Below are positions 25,095-34,552 of a DNA stretch of 64,000 bases, piece by piece. Source of the stretch: an uncultured Chitinophaga sp. (GTDB lineage Bacteria > Bacteroidota > Bacteroidia > Chitinophagales > Chitinophagaceae); contig CAZGGQ010000025.1 of assembly GCA_964525285.1 (NCBI GenBank), forward strand, positions 187 to 64,186, read 5' to 3'. The translations under genes were made by a program, and so were the position numbers. Under the pieces are notes generated by a model, which did not search any database, had not been told where the DNA came from, and saw nothing but the letters and a program-made list of their open reading frames with translations. The number at the start of each line of letters is the position of its first letter. The stretch's first letter is position 1.

Positions 25095-27527
25095 TTAATT
25101 CACTTCTATCTCATCTACAAACAGCCAGGGCTTATTACCAGCACCGGGGTTACCTGCAGGAATAGTTCCCCAGTTTGTTACAACTACTTTTACATAACGG
25201 GCATAAGTGGCTTTGAAAGACATTGTCATCTTTCCTTTACCGGTACCATCCTTTGTTTCTTCATAATCATCAGTAAGTTTTAAGGAATACCAGTTTATGC
25301 CATCACCAGAACCGAACACTTCTGTTGTTAATGGCCGCCATATCCAGCTTGAAGTTCGGTTCAATGTATTTACTACGACAAAACTGATCGGTTCTAAAAT
25401 GCCAAGGTCAATGATGGCTTCGCAATTGGTTCCGCTGAACCCTAAAAATTCACGGCTTCTTGCAAACCCTTTTTCATTGATCACACCGTTCACCAAAGTG
25501 AAGGCTCCATCACCGGGATATTTGTCAGAAGCAGGATTGGTTAAAGTGATTTTTTTGCCGGTGGCTTTGTTGAAGGAAAATTTTTGCACTATGTTATCAT
25601 TCACTCTTTTCCCATTTACAATTGACCAGCCATAATAAGTTCCTGACTTTACGATTTGTATCGGGGAATTATAATTATGAAAAGCAGGAGGGTTAGGCGG
25701 ATCGGTAATATCAAGTTCTTTATTGTATTGAATTTTAGTATCCGGATTATTACTTTCCAGTTTCCAAACTACTCCAATATTATTTTTACCAGGTAAAACA
25801 GTAGCCTTCAGATCAAAATATGACTTACTATAATTGGTTTTCCACAGATCATATCTTTTAAATTGTCCCATTAATCTTTTTTCAAAATCCTTCCAATCAC
25901 GGTTCTCCTTCGGGCTCCACAACACTTCACTTAATGCACTGAGTCTTGGAAAAAGCATGTACTCCACTTTTCTTGTATTACCCATGTACTCTGTCCACAT
26001 GTTAGCCTGTGCACCGAGAACATATTTTGCCTGCTCTGCATTTAATTCTTTTGGTATTGGTTCATAAGCATACACCTTTTCAATGGGGTTGTAGCCGCCA
26101 ATGGTAACAGAGTCTTCATTCTGGTTTTGCGTATGATCAAAATAAACCGGGTTGCCGGGTGTCATGATCACATCATGGTTTTGTTTGGCAGCATCAATAC
26201 CTCCCTGTTCACCCCGCCAACTCATCACCACGGCATTGGGAGCCAGGCCACCTTCTAATATTTCATCCCAACCTATCAATGTTCTTCCTTTTTTGTTCAG
26301 GTATTTTTCCATCCGCTGGATAAAATAGCTCTGCAGTTCATGTTCATCTTTCAACCCATTATCTTTCATCCGTTGCTGGCAGGCCGGGCATTTTTTCCAA
26401 TGTACTTTCGGGCATTCATCTCCGCCTACATGCACATATTTTGAAGGAAAGAGAGCCAGAACTTCATCCATCACATCTTCCAAAAATTTGAAAGTGTTTT
26501 CTTTTCCTGCACAAAACACATCATCAAAAACTCCCCATGTTTCCTGCACTAATTTTACACGGCCTCTTTCCAACTCTCCTTTGCTTTGTTTTGAAATCAT
26601 CGTTGCAGGTATTTCTGTCGGTTTATCAGGAAAGCAACTTAGTTCAGGATAAGCAGCAATCGCTGCAGAAGAATGTCCGGGCATTTCAATCTCCGGTATT
26701 ACATCAATATATCTTTCCTGTGCATATTTCACCACTTCTTTTATTTGTTCCTGTGTGTAATAGCCGCCATAAGGTATATTATCATTACCAGTGCCCGGGT
26801 ATCGGCCAATGATAGTACCATTGCGACGACTACCTACAGCAGTTAATGCCGGGTACTTTTTTATTTCAATGCGCCAACCCTGGTCTTCTGTCAGGTGCCA
26901 ATGAAATTTGTTGAACTTGTGCAGAGCTAAATAATCAATATATTTTTTGATGAAATCAACCGACCAGAAATGACGGCCACAATCTAGGTGCATGCCTCGG
27001 TAGGCAAAGCGGGGATAGTCGGTAATAGTTAATTGGGGAATGAGTAGTTTGTTGTTCGAGGTTGGATGTTGGATGTTGGGTACCGGGAGGAGCTGGATCA
27101 AAGTTTGAATACCGAAAAAAGTACCTTCATTTCGTCCAACTATTGAAATTGCATTTCGGTTTATGGTAAGATTGTAATACCCTTCACGATCACTTTGGAG
27201 AACCCGGTCTGATTTAAAATCCGAGTATCTTACAATAAGAATAAGATTAAGATTCGTTGTATCTGATTTTTGCAAATTAATTTCTTTGATTGCTAAATCA
27301 AGGCTATAATACCTTTTAATATATTGTTTTAAATAATTGGCTTCAAACTCTACTGAAGATGGTTTAGAATTTGGATTGTTACTAAGGATACAAATTTTAG
27401 TCTTGTTATTAAGCGTAAAATTTCCATTCCCCATTTTAATTTTAACCGGCTGCGGAATAATATTTACTTCCTGTGCTTTCAGAAAACCAAATGAAAGAAG
27501 AAAAATTAATGCGATTGTATATCTCAT
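25095..27527 (-). CDS. Beta-N-acetylhexosaminidase (GH20) with C-terminal F5/8 type C-like domain
   Basis: RGMHLDCGRHF, FHWHLTEDQGWRIE, IPEIEMPGHS and HVGGDE motifs, plus a signal peptide. Confidence 0.9.
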   Translation of the reverse strand: MRYTIALIFLLSFGFLKAQEVNIIPQPVKIKMGNGNFTLNNKTKICILSNNPNSKPSSVEFEANYLKQYIKRYYSLDLAIKEINLQKSDTTNLNLILIVRYSDFKSDRVLQSDREGYYNLTINRNAISIVGRNEGTFFGIQTLIQLLPVPNIQHPTSNNKLLIPQLTITDYPRFAYRGMHLDCGRHFWSVDFIKKYIDYLALHKFNKFHWHLTEDQGWRIEIKKYPALTAVGSRRNGTIIGRYPGTGNDNIPYGGYYTQEQIKEVVKYAQERYIDVIPEIEMPGHSSAAIAAYPELSCFPDKPTEIPATMISKQSKGELERGRVKLVQETWGVFDDVFCAGKENTFKFLEDVMDEVLALFPSKYVHVGGDECPKVHWKKCPACQQRMKDNGLKDEHELQSYFIQRMEKYLNKKGRTLIGWDEILEGGLAPNAVVMSWRGEQGGIDAAKQNHDVIMTPGNPVYFDHTQNQNEDSVTIGGYNPIEKVYAYEPIPKELNAEQAKYVLGAQANMWTEYMGNTRKVEYMLFPRLSALSEVLWSPKENRDWKDFEKRLMGQFKRYDLWKTNYSKSYFDLKATVLPGKNNIGVVWKLESNNPDTKIQYNKELDITDPPNPPAFHNYNSPIQIVKSGTYYGWSIVNGKRVNDNIVQKFSFNKATGKKITLTNPASDKYPGDGAFTLVNGVINEKGFARSREFLGFSGTNCEAIIDLGILEPISFVVVNTLNRTSSWIWRPLTTEVFGSGDGINWYSLKLTDDYEETKDGTGKGKMTMSFKATYARYVKVVVTNWGTIPAGNPGAGNKPWLFVDEIEVN
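27054..27081. repeat. Heptamer tandem repeat inside GH20 CDS (GTTCGAG GTTGGAT GTTGGAT GTTGGGT)
   Basis: Read directly. Encodes PNIQHPTSN on the minus strand. Same motif type as the pyk-pfkA spacer repeats. Confidence 0.75.
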
Positions 27528-27949
27528 AGTTCCATGTATTTATTTATGAAATCGGGTAATGTGCAGATGATTGTATTTCCAAATTGTTTCAAATCTGCCA
27601 GGTCAGGGTCGTTTGTCAGCAAGTAATCTGCTTGTGCATCAACTGACAATGACAAAAGAAAATTATCTTTCGGGTCACGACAAATATTGATATTACTTGT
27701 AATTTCGAAAAAAACAGCAGCTTCACTTATGTAATCAGAGAAAATTTTAAGGTTGGTTTGGTTAATTCTTTTTTTATTTCTAAGGTAGGTAAGGGCCTCA
27801 AAAATTTCTTCCTTCAGTTCCAGTGCAAAACAGATCAGATATTTATCGTTTCTCAGAAATGTCGGCAGGCCATAAGATTGTTTAGAAACCAGCATGGAAA
27901 TCCACCAGCTTGTATCAATGATTACCTTTTTCTTTATTTTTTCTGGCAT
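27524..27949 (-). CDS. PIN-family toxin (TIGR00305-like)
   Basis: KVIIDTSWWISMLV, CRDPKDNFLLSLSVDAQADYLLTNDPDL and a C-terminal ...ICTLPDFI. The stop overlaps the GH20 ATG as ATGA. Confidence 0.8.
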   Translation of the reverse strand: MPEKIKKKVIIDTSWWISMLVSKQSYGLPTFLRNDKYLICFALELKEEIFEALTYLRNKKRINQTNLKIFSDYISEAAVFFEITSNINICRDPKDNFLLSLSVDAQADYLLTNDPDLADLKQFGNTIICTLPDFINKYMEL

Positions 27950-28172
27950 ATAGTTCAGTTCTGGCTTCTTCTATAACAGACTGGATTTCTTCATCAGTTA
28001 TTTCGTATTTAGGCAGCGATTCGGCCCAACTTGCCAGTTCATGTCTTGCCTTTATCTGTTTTTCAAACGCATAATCTTCTTCAGATTGAAAAGCAATACC
28101 TTTTGATGCAAGTATTTGTTTCAACTCATTTAGTTGCTGTTCATTCCTGGTATCAATAATAAGTTTGCTCAT
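27915..28172 (-). CDS. Putative cognate antitoxin
   Basis: 85-aa acidic protein immediately upstream of the PIN gene, overlapping it by 35 nt. The family is not recognised with confidence. Confidence 0.5.
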   Translation of the reverse strand: MSKLIIDTRNEQQLNELKQILASKGIAFQSEEDYAFEKQIKARHELASWAESLPKYEITDEEIQSVIEEARTELYARKNKEKGNH

Positions 28173-28193
28173 TTTTTATTTAAAATTACAAAA

Positions 28194-30080
28194 TCATCTC
28201 AATATCGGTAAATAAATGCTTGATGTATTATTTCCATCATGATAGATCCTTATCGTCGCTTTTTGAAAATCCTCCGGCTTTGCTTCATAGATATTCATAA
28301 ACTTCTGCGGGTTTCTGTCAGCTAAAGGAAACCAACTGCTTTGTATTTGTATCATCAACCGGTGACCTTTTTTAAAAGTGTGTGCCACATCCGGCAAATC
28401 AAATTTCACGGTTTCAATTTTCCCGGGTTTGAATGGCGTTGGTGTTTCAAAACTATTTCGGAATTTTCCCCGCATAATTTCTCCACGAACCAGCATCTGG
28501 TAACCTCCCATAGGATAACTGCTCCCAGTTGTACTACGGCCAGACTGGCTTACATCACCAGGGAATTGAAAATCATCCGGAAACACATCAATCACTTTTA
28601 CCACAAAATCTGCATCGGTTCCTGTAATGCTCACTTTGAGATTAGCGCTAACCGGGCCGGCCAAAGTCAGGTCTTCTTCCAATGGATAAGTTTGAAAGGT
28701 TAAAACATCAGGCCTTCTTGAAGCAAACCGCTGATCGTCGGTCATGTATTCTCTTGTTCTTCTGAAATGCACATCTTCTGTATATGGAACAGGATGTGCC
28801 GGGTCGCTGATATATTCAGAATAACTGCCGGGCTTCACATAGGTTGGAAGATTCCATGATAAGGCACCATCAGGAGCAAGGTAAATTTCTCTTGTCGCAT
28901 TTGCCACAGGCCATTTATCAAATTTTTTCCATTCATTGGCGCCGCTAAAAAATATTGTTGCTTCGGCAATTTTGGGATCATCGCCTTTTCCTTTCAGGTA
29001 ATAATTGAAAAAAGGAATTTCAATATTGTTCTGGTACCAGATCGAAGTATTGGAACCAAAGCGGATATTACCCATACTTGTTCCGTCACGCCCGCCCCAT
29101 TGCCCGTGACTCCAGGGGCCCATTACCAGTTTATTATTAGTATTTGGGTTTTGTTTTTCAATTGATTTATAAAGATTCCATGCACCATAACAATCTTCTG
29201 CATCAAATAATCCGCCCACCACCAGCATGGCAGGTTTGATGTCATACATAGCACTCCTGGCATCTCTTGCTTTCCACCAATCATCGTAATTGGGATGAGC
29301 ATAAAGATCTTTCCAGAACTGCACACTGTCATTCATGTACTGCATTAATTTGGGAAGCCCGTTTTCGAGATAAAATTTATAATTATCTCTTATCGGGAAA
29401 TCAAATCCTCTTGAACCAACTGTAGTGGGTATTGGCCTGGGTTTTCCAAAACCTGAATAAAAATTAAATCCATCCATCTGCATAAAAGCGCCGTTGTGAT
29501 GAAAGTCGTCACCTAAGAACCATTCAGTAACCGGCGCCTGCGGACTTACAGCTTTTAATGCAGGATGGCCGGAAGCAGCAGCCATCGTTGCATAGAAACC
29601 GGGGTAGGAAATACCAAACACTCCCACATTGCCATTATTGCCAGGAAGATTTTTTATCAGCCACTCAATCGCATCATATGTATCACTGGCTTCATCAATC
29701 TCGGTTCCGGTTTTATTTTTATTAAAAGGTCGAATATCCACAAACCCGCCTTCACTCATCCATCTTCCCCTCACATCCTGGATAACGATGATATAATTTT
29801 CCCTCATGTAATATTTCCAGTGACTGCCCCAGAATACCCGCCAGTTAATCAATCCATAGGGAGCACAGGAGTAAGGGGTCCGGTTCATCAGGATAGGATG
29901 TCTCTCACTTTTATCTTTTGGCAGGTAAATAGCAGTAAAAAGTTTAATGCCATCCCGCATGGGAATGTACTGCTCCGTCTTGGTATAGTTTTCCCGGATC
30001 CAGGCAGAATCCTGGTCGGTTTGTGCAATTGCGGCAACAGCAATAAAAGAAACCAGGAAACAGGCGATTAATTTTCTCAT
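28194..30080 (-). CDS. CocE/NonD-family hydrolase (S15 Xaa-Pro dipeptidyl-peptidase-like)
   Basis: Signal peptide, YPILMNRTPY, GVFGISYPGFY nucleophile elbow, and a C-terminal beta-sandwich domain. Confidence 0.85.
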   Translation of the reverse strand: MRKLIACFLVSFIAVAAIAQTDQDSAWIRENYTKTEQYIPMRDGIKLFTAIYLPKDKSERHPILMNRTPYSCAPYGLINWRVFWGSHWKYYMRENYIIVIQDVRGRWMSEGGFVDIRPFNKNKTGTEIDEASDTYDAIEWLIKNLPGNNGNVGVFGISYPGFYATMAAASGHPALKAVSPQAPVTEWFLGDDFHHNGAFMQMDGFNFYSGFGKPRPIPTTVGSRGFDFPIRDNYKFYLENGLPKLMQYMNDSVQFWKDLYAHPNYDDWWKARDARSAMYDIKPAMLVVGGLFDAEDCYGAWNLYKSIEKQNPNTNNKLVMGPWSHGQWGGRDGTSMGNIRFGSNTSIWYQNNIEIPFFNYYLKGKGDDPKIAEATIFFSGANEWKKFDKWPVANATREIYLAPDGALSWNLPTYVKPGSYSEYISDPAHPVPYTEDVHFRRTREYMTDDQRFASRRPDVLTFQTYPLEEDLTLAGPVSANLKVSITGTDADFVVKVIDVFPDDFQFPGDVSQSGRSTTGSSYPMGGYQMLVRGEIMRGKFRNSFETPTPFKPGKIETVKFDLPDVAHTFKKGHRLMIQIQSSWFPLADRNPQKFMNIYEAKPEDFQKATIRIYHDGNNTSSIYLPILR

Positions 30081-30108
30081 AGAAGTTTAATTTGAAGGTT
30101 TAAATTTA

Positions 30109-30182
30109 GGGTATCTCAAAAAACTTACCTTAATTTTCTATTTGGATAGAAAAAGGTAAAAACTAAGTTTTTGAGATAACCC
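30109..30182. repeat. 74-nt imperfect palindrome in divergent promoter region
   Basis: GGGTATCTCAAAAAACTTACCTTAATTTTCTAT-TTGG-ATAGAAAAAGGTAAAAACTAAGTTTTTGAGATAACCC. Three stem segments were checked base by base. Confidence 0.75.
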
Positions 30183-30216
30183 GGACAAATTCTCTTTACA
30201 CCCACATTTTTAATTT

Positions 30217-30699
30217 ATGCAAACAAATGAAGAAGTTATCAGCCAGTTTTATGCTGCTTTTCAAAAACTGGACTACAAGACGATGAATGATTGTTACAGC
30301 GAAGAAATTGTTTTCAACGACCCCGTTTTTGGTGTATTGAGAGGAGACGAGGCCAAATACATGTGGGAAATGCTTTGTAAGAATGCCAGGGACTTTTCGC
30401 TGACATTTTCAAATATTCAATTACTCGATGAAGAATATGCTACCTGCAACTGGGTGGCTACCTACACTTTTTCAAAGACCGGCAATAAAGTGGTGAATAA
30501 GATCAAGGCATTTATGAAATTAAAAGATGGAAAGATCATTGAACATAGCGATGCTTTTCGCCTGAGCACATGGATCGGCCAGGCATTGGGCTGGAAAGGA
30601 AATCTTTTTGGCTGGATGGGTTGGATGAAAAGGAAAGTGCAGAAAGGGGCGAGGAAGAACCTTATTGCTTTTATAGAGAAGAATGAAGCCAGTCATTAG
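30217..30699 (+). CDS. NTF2-superfamily (SnoaL-like) protein
   Basis: The N-terminus VISQFYAAFQKLDYKTMNDCYSEEIVFNDPVF.L.G is typical of SnoaL-like proteins. Confidence 0.7.
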   Translation: MQTNEEVISQFYAAFQKLDYKTMNDCYSEEIVFNDPVFGVLRGDEAKYMWEMLCKNARDFSLTFSNIQLLDEEYATCNWVATYTFSKTGNKVVNKIKAFMKLKDGKIIEHSDAFRLSTWIGQALGWKGNLFGWMGWMKRKVQKGARKNLIAFIEKNEASH

Positions 30700-30746
30700 T
30701 CGTTAGTCCAGACTCCCAACTAACGACTAAAGACTATCGACTCACT
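30691..30746. repeat. Eight phased heptamers forming an inverted pair across convergent stops
   Basis: AGTCATT AGTCGTT AGTCCAG ACTCCCA ACTAACG ACTAAAG ACTATCG ACTCACT. AGTCGTTAGT pairs with ACTAACGACT. Confidence 0.75.
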
Positions 30747-31617
30747 CCTCCAGCACCCCAAACTTCCCGGCATTTACATCAGCGATCGCCTGCTCCAGTT
30801 CTTCCCAGGTATTCATCAGGAAGGGACCGTATTGAACAATAGGCTCATTAATAGGTTCGCCCGATAGAACAAGCAGTATTGCATCTTCACCGGCTTCAAT
30901 GGAAATCAATTCGCCATCATTTTTAAAAAGTATAAAATGATCAGCGGGTGCAGTTTCACCATTAATGATAGCACTTCCTTCTATTACTAATATGCCTGTA
31001 TTGTAAGACGAGGGAAAATTCAGTTCAATATTTGCTCCTTTCTTCAGCTTTGCATTATATACATGCAGGGGGGTGAAGCTGGAAGCCGGGCCTTTTTTGC
31101 CATTAAATTCTCCGGCAATCACTTCAACAAATCCCTTATCACCCGGTAAAGAATACTTTCCCATCATGTTATTGACGATCTCCTGGTATTTCGGTGGCGT
31201 CATTTTATATTTTGCCGGGAGATTTACCCATAACTGCACCATCTGGAACATTCCGCCTTTCCTGCTGAATTCTTTTTCATGGTATTCCTTATGCAGTAAA
31301 CCCGAAGCGGCCGTCATCCATTGCACATCGCCTTCACCAATAATGCCGCTATTGCCTGCACTGTCGTGGTGAGCTATCTTGCCATGATAAGCGATCGTTA
31401 CTGTTTCAAAACCCCGATGCGGATGCACATCAACACCCCGGGGCTTATTGGTTGGAGGAAATTCAACCTTTGAATTATAATCCATCAAAAAGAAAGGACT
31501 CATTCTTTTCTTATCGATCTTTCCGCCAGGGAAAAAACCATGTACCCGGAAACCATCACCCACCATGTGAGGTGGAGGTGGCGCTATTACTGCTTCAATT
31601 GATCTTTTAGTACTCAT
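30742..31617 (-). CDS. Pirin-family protein
   Basis: VHPHRGFETVTIAYHGKIAHHDSAGN is the cupin metal site, and the protein has a bicupin length. Confidence 0.9.
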   Translation of the reverse strand: MSTKRSIEAVIAPPPPHMVGDGFRVHGFFPGGKIDKKRMSPFFLMDYNSKVEFPPTNKPRGVDVHPHRGFETVTIAYHGKIAHHDSAGNSGIIGEGDVQWMTAASGLLHKEYHEKEFSRKGGMFQMVQLWVNLPAKYKMTPPKYQEIVNNMMGKYSLPGDKGFVEVIAGEFNGKKGPASSFTPLHVYNAKLKKGANIELNFPSSYNTGILVIEGSAIINGETAPADHFILFKNDGELISIEAGEDAILLVLSGEPINEPIVQYGPFLMNTWEELEQAIADVNAGKFGVLEE

Positions 31618-31682
31618 ATAATTGATTTTACTTCTTTAAAGACTTTTCAAATTTCCCCTTTAGGGGACTGTGAAATTTAATT

Positions 31683-32249
31683 TTAAATACTTTCGGCAGG
31701 GGTTTTTTCTGTTACTATATTTTCAGACAACCACAAAAATTCCTTTATAAAATTATGTACTCCATGCTGAAAACTTTCATCCAGCAGGTCGCCATCAGGA
31801 CTGAATTTTTTATCAACTGACGGAACTACAAGCATATATGGCGATGCAATGCCAAATAAAGCCGGGACCAGCAGTAATAATTGTTGCGCAGCCCTGATAC
31901 CACCCATAGTACCGGGAGATGCTGTAACAATGCCAAAGGGCTTGTGATGCTGCTTGGGAAAATGATCCAGCAGGTTCTTCATGGCAGGAGAGTAGCTGCC
32001 GTTATATTCCGGCGATACCAGTATAAACGCATCTGCATTATATATTCTTTCCGCTAAAGGTTTGAATTCAAAAGGTACTTTATCAATGGAGACCCATACC
32101 GATTGAATGGCGGGAATATTCCAGTCTTTCATGTCAATGATGTCAACTTGATGATCGCTGTTTTGTTTCAGCAATTGCTTCAGGTAGATGGACACCCGGT
32201 GTGTCACACTGTTTGTCCGGGGACTTCCTGAGACTATTTCTATTTTCAT
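31683..32249 (-). CDS. NAD(P)H-dependent FMN reductase family protein
   Basis: MKIEIVSGSPR.NS.T, ADAFILVSPEYNGSYSPAMKNLLD. Start trimmed to the canonical N-terminus. Confidence 0.8.
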   Translation of the reverse strand: MKIEIVSGSPRTNSVTHRVSIYLKQLLKQNSDHQVDIIDMKDWNIPAIQSVWVSIDKVPFEFKPLAERIYNADAFILVSPEYNGSYSPAMKNLLDHFPKQHHKPFGIVTASPGTMGGIRAAQQLLLLVPALFGIASPYMLVVPSVDKKFSPDGDLLDESFQHGVHNFIKEFLWLSENIVTEKTPAESI

Positions 32250-32430
32250 TTTTACTTTTTTAGAATACAAAGTTAATATTTCAATGTTCAAACATCAAAT
32301 TTAATTCCAATTACTAAATTGACCTGATTTTAGAAGATTTGGCAGTTCTGTTCAGGTTATGTCAGGCGTTTACAGCCTAGGACTGATAATGTGGCTGAAT
32401 CCTTAATTTCACTTCTTTAAAATCATTACA

Positions 32431-33483
32431 ATGGTCAACAGGAGGAAGTTTCTACAGGCATCTGCTTTTACTGGTCTTGCAAGCTTACTGGTAAAAAAAT
32501 CATGGGCAATAACTGATGGTGGAGCAGTAAAGGGGAAACCTCTCGTTATTTCCACCTGGGATGCAGGATTGAGGGCCAATAAAGCCGCCTGGGAAGTATT
32601 GGGCAATGGGGGCAGGGCTTTGGATGCCGTAGAAAAAGGAGTAATGGTCACGGAATCTGAACAGAACTGTTGCGTTGGTCTTGGCGCTAATCCCGACAGG
32701 GATGGATTCGTAACGCTGGATGCCTGTATCATGGACGAATTTTCAAATTGCGGCAGCGTAGCTTTTTTGGAAAGGATCAAACATCCGGTCTCTGTAGCAA
32801 GAAGAGTGATGGAAAAAACACCGCATGTCATGTTGGTTGGTATCGGGGCGCAACAGTTTGCGGTGGCTGAAGGTTTTCCATTGGAAGAACAGAAACTTTC
32901 GCCAGATGCACAAAAGAATTATTATAACTGGCTGAAGAAATCAGAATACAAACCGCCGGCTATTAATGTTGAAAGCCTGCCTGCCGGACAGGCAGGTAAG
33001 AACGATCATGGACCATTTGCACCAGTTAAATTGGAAAATGGTGAATGGAATCATGATACCATTGGTATGGTAGCGATGGATACCAACGGAAATTTAAGTG
33101 GAAGTTGTACCACCAGTGGCGCCGGATTTAAAATGCGGGGACGGTTGGGAGATTCTCCCATCATCGGCGCCGGGTTGTTTGTAGATAATGAAGTGGGCGC
33201 CTGCACAGCAACCGGGCAAGGAGAGGATGTGATCCGTGTTGCCGGTTCACATACTGTAGTAGAATTGATGCGACAGGGTCTATCGCCGGAAGCTGCCTGT
33301 AAAAAAACTATTGAACGGATCGTAAAAATAAAGGGCACAAAGGCAAAGGATATACAGGTAGGGTTCCTGGCAGTTAATAAAAAAGGACAGGTGGGTGCAT
33401 TTGCGATTCATAAAGGGTTTAGTTATGCTATTAGGACAAATGAAGTGGAGAAAATGGTTGCGGCGAAATTTATTATGGAGTAA
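32431..33483 (+). CDS. N4-(beta-N-acetylglucosaminyl)-L-asparaginase (glycosylasparaginase, Ntn hydrolase)
   Basis: Tat-like signal NRRKFLQASAF, autoprocessing site HDTIGMVAMD, and GRLGDSPIIGAGLFVDNEVGACTATGQGEDVIR. Confidence 0.85.
   Translation: MVNRRKFLQASAFTGLASLLVKKSWAITDGGAVKGKPLVISTWDAGLRANKAAWEVLGNGGRALDAVEKGVMVTESEQNCCVGLGANPDRDGFVTLDACIMDEFSNCGSVAFLERIKHPVSVARRVMEKTPHVMLVGIGAQQFAVAEGFPLEEQKLSPDAQKNYYNWLKKSEYKPPAINVESLPAGQAGKNDHGPFAPVKLENGEWNHDTIGMVAMDTNGNLSGSCTTSGAGFKMRGRLGDSPIIGAGLFVDNEVGACTATGQGEDVIRVAGSHTVVELMRQGLSPEAACKKTIERIVKIKGTKAKDIQVGFLAVNKKGQVGAFAIHKGFSYAIRTNEVEKMVAAKFIME
32976..32996. repeat. 21-nt variant of the CCTGCC palindrome, in frame inside glycosylasparaginase
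   Basis: CCTGCCTGCCGGACAGGCAGG equals the 8023-8042 core plus one central A. It encodes (S)LPAGQAG in the linker before the autoprocessing Thr. Confidence 0.8.
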
Positions 33484-33497
33484 GTAATCTAAATCTA

Positions 33498-33606
33498 AAG
33501 AACCAAATAAATTAAAAAAATAATACCAAAACCCTCTTTTTAATGAAGTTTCTTCGAAATCGCAGACTCGTTTTTTATTTTTTTATTTGAAATTTATTTG
33601 GTTCTT
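33498..33606. repeat. 16-bp perfect inverted repeat AAGAACCAAATAAATT...AATTTATTTGGTTCTT with 77-nt spacer
   Basis: The arms are exact reverse complements, and AT-rich extensions also partly pair. Lies between the asparaginase stop and the cutC start. Confidence 0.7.
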
Positions 33607-33630
33607 GTTATTTGATTTTTTATTCATGTT

Positions 33631-34359
33631 ATGAAATATATCATCGAAATTGCCACTTCAGATTTTGCTACTACTAAATCTGCTGTGGAAGGCGGCGCAG
33701 ACAGGATAGAACTTTGCGCCAATCTTGCCGAAGGTGGTACTACTCCTTCTTTGGGAACCATCAAGAAATGCAGGGAAGCATTTAATGTATTACTGTATCC
33801 GATCATCCGGCCGAGAGGCGGAGACTTTTTATACAATAAGGATGAGTATGAGATCATGCTGCAGGATGCGAAGCTTTGCAAACAGCTGGGTTGTGATGGA
33901 GTCGTTATCGGGATGCTGAATATGGACGGAAGCATTGATGTGACAAGAACGGCCGAGTTAATTGAACTGGCTTACCCGATGGGAGTAACCTTTCACCGGG
34001 CATTTGACAGGTGTAAAGATCCCTTTGTTGCGCTGGAAGAATTAATTGAGATCGGTTGTGAAAGAATTCTCACCTCGGGGCAAAAAATATCTGTTGTTGA
34101 TGGGGTTGAGTTGGTTGCTGAGTTGAATAAGAAAGCTGATGACCGGATCATCATTATGCCGGGGAGTGGTGTAAGAAAAGACAATATTAAAATGATTGCT
34201 GAGAAAACCGGTTGCACAGAATTTCATTCTTCGTTGCGAAGCAAGACAAAAAGCCCGATGCAGTTTTTGCATCCTGAGTTTGAAAAATCAGAAGAGAGTT
34301 ATATGAATAATGCGATTTATGCGGAGGAGGTGAGGGAGTTGAGAGAGAAGTTAAGGTAA
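33631..34359 (+). CDS. cutC: Copper homeostasis protein CutC
   Basis: GADRIELC..L.EGGTTPS.G, IRPRGGDF.Y and GVTFHRAFD motifs. Confidence 0.9.
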   Translation: MKYIIEIATSDFATTKSAVEGGADRIELCANLAEGGTTPSLGTIKKCREAFNVLLYPIIRPRGGDFLYNKDEYEIMLQDAKLCKQLGCDGVVIGMLNMDGSIDVTRTAELIELAYPMGVTFHRAFDRCKDPFVALEELIEIGCERILTSGQKISVVDGVELVAELNKKADDRIIIMPGSGVRKDNIKMIAEKTGCTEFHSSLRSKTKSPMQFLHPEFEKSEESYMNNAIYAEEVRELREKLR

Positions 34360-34552
34360 CGTCCAGGGCTTGGCGATGTGGCGATATTCCGTGTTACGTC
34401 AGCCCGAACTGCTGTTGAGTAAAGATATGAAGATGAAAATATATTCTATAGCTGGGCTTTATTCGTCAGTTAGATATGTCGCTGAGCAACGATATATCGA
34501 TGAGGATATATTCGTTAAGCCGCCATAACGCCAAACCCCTTGTTAGGCGCAT

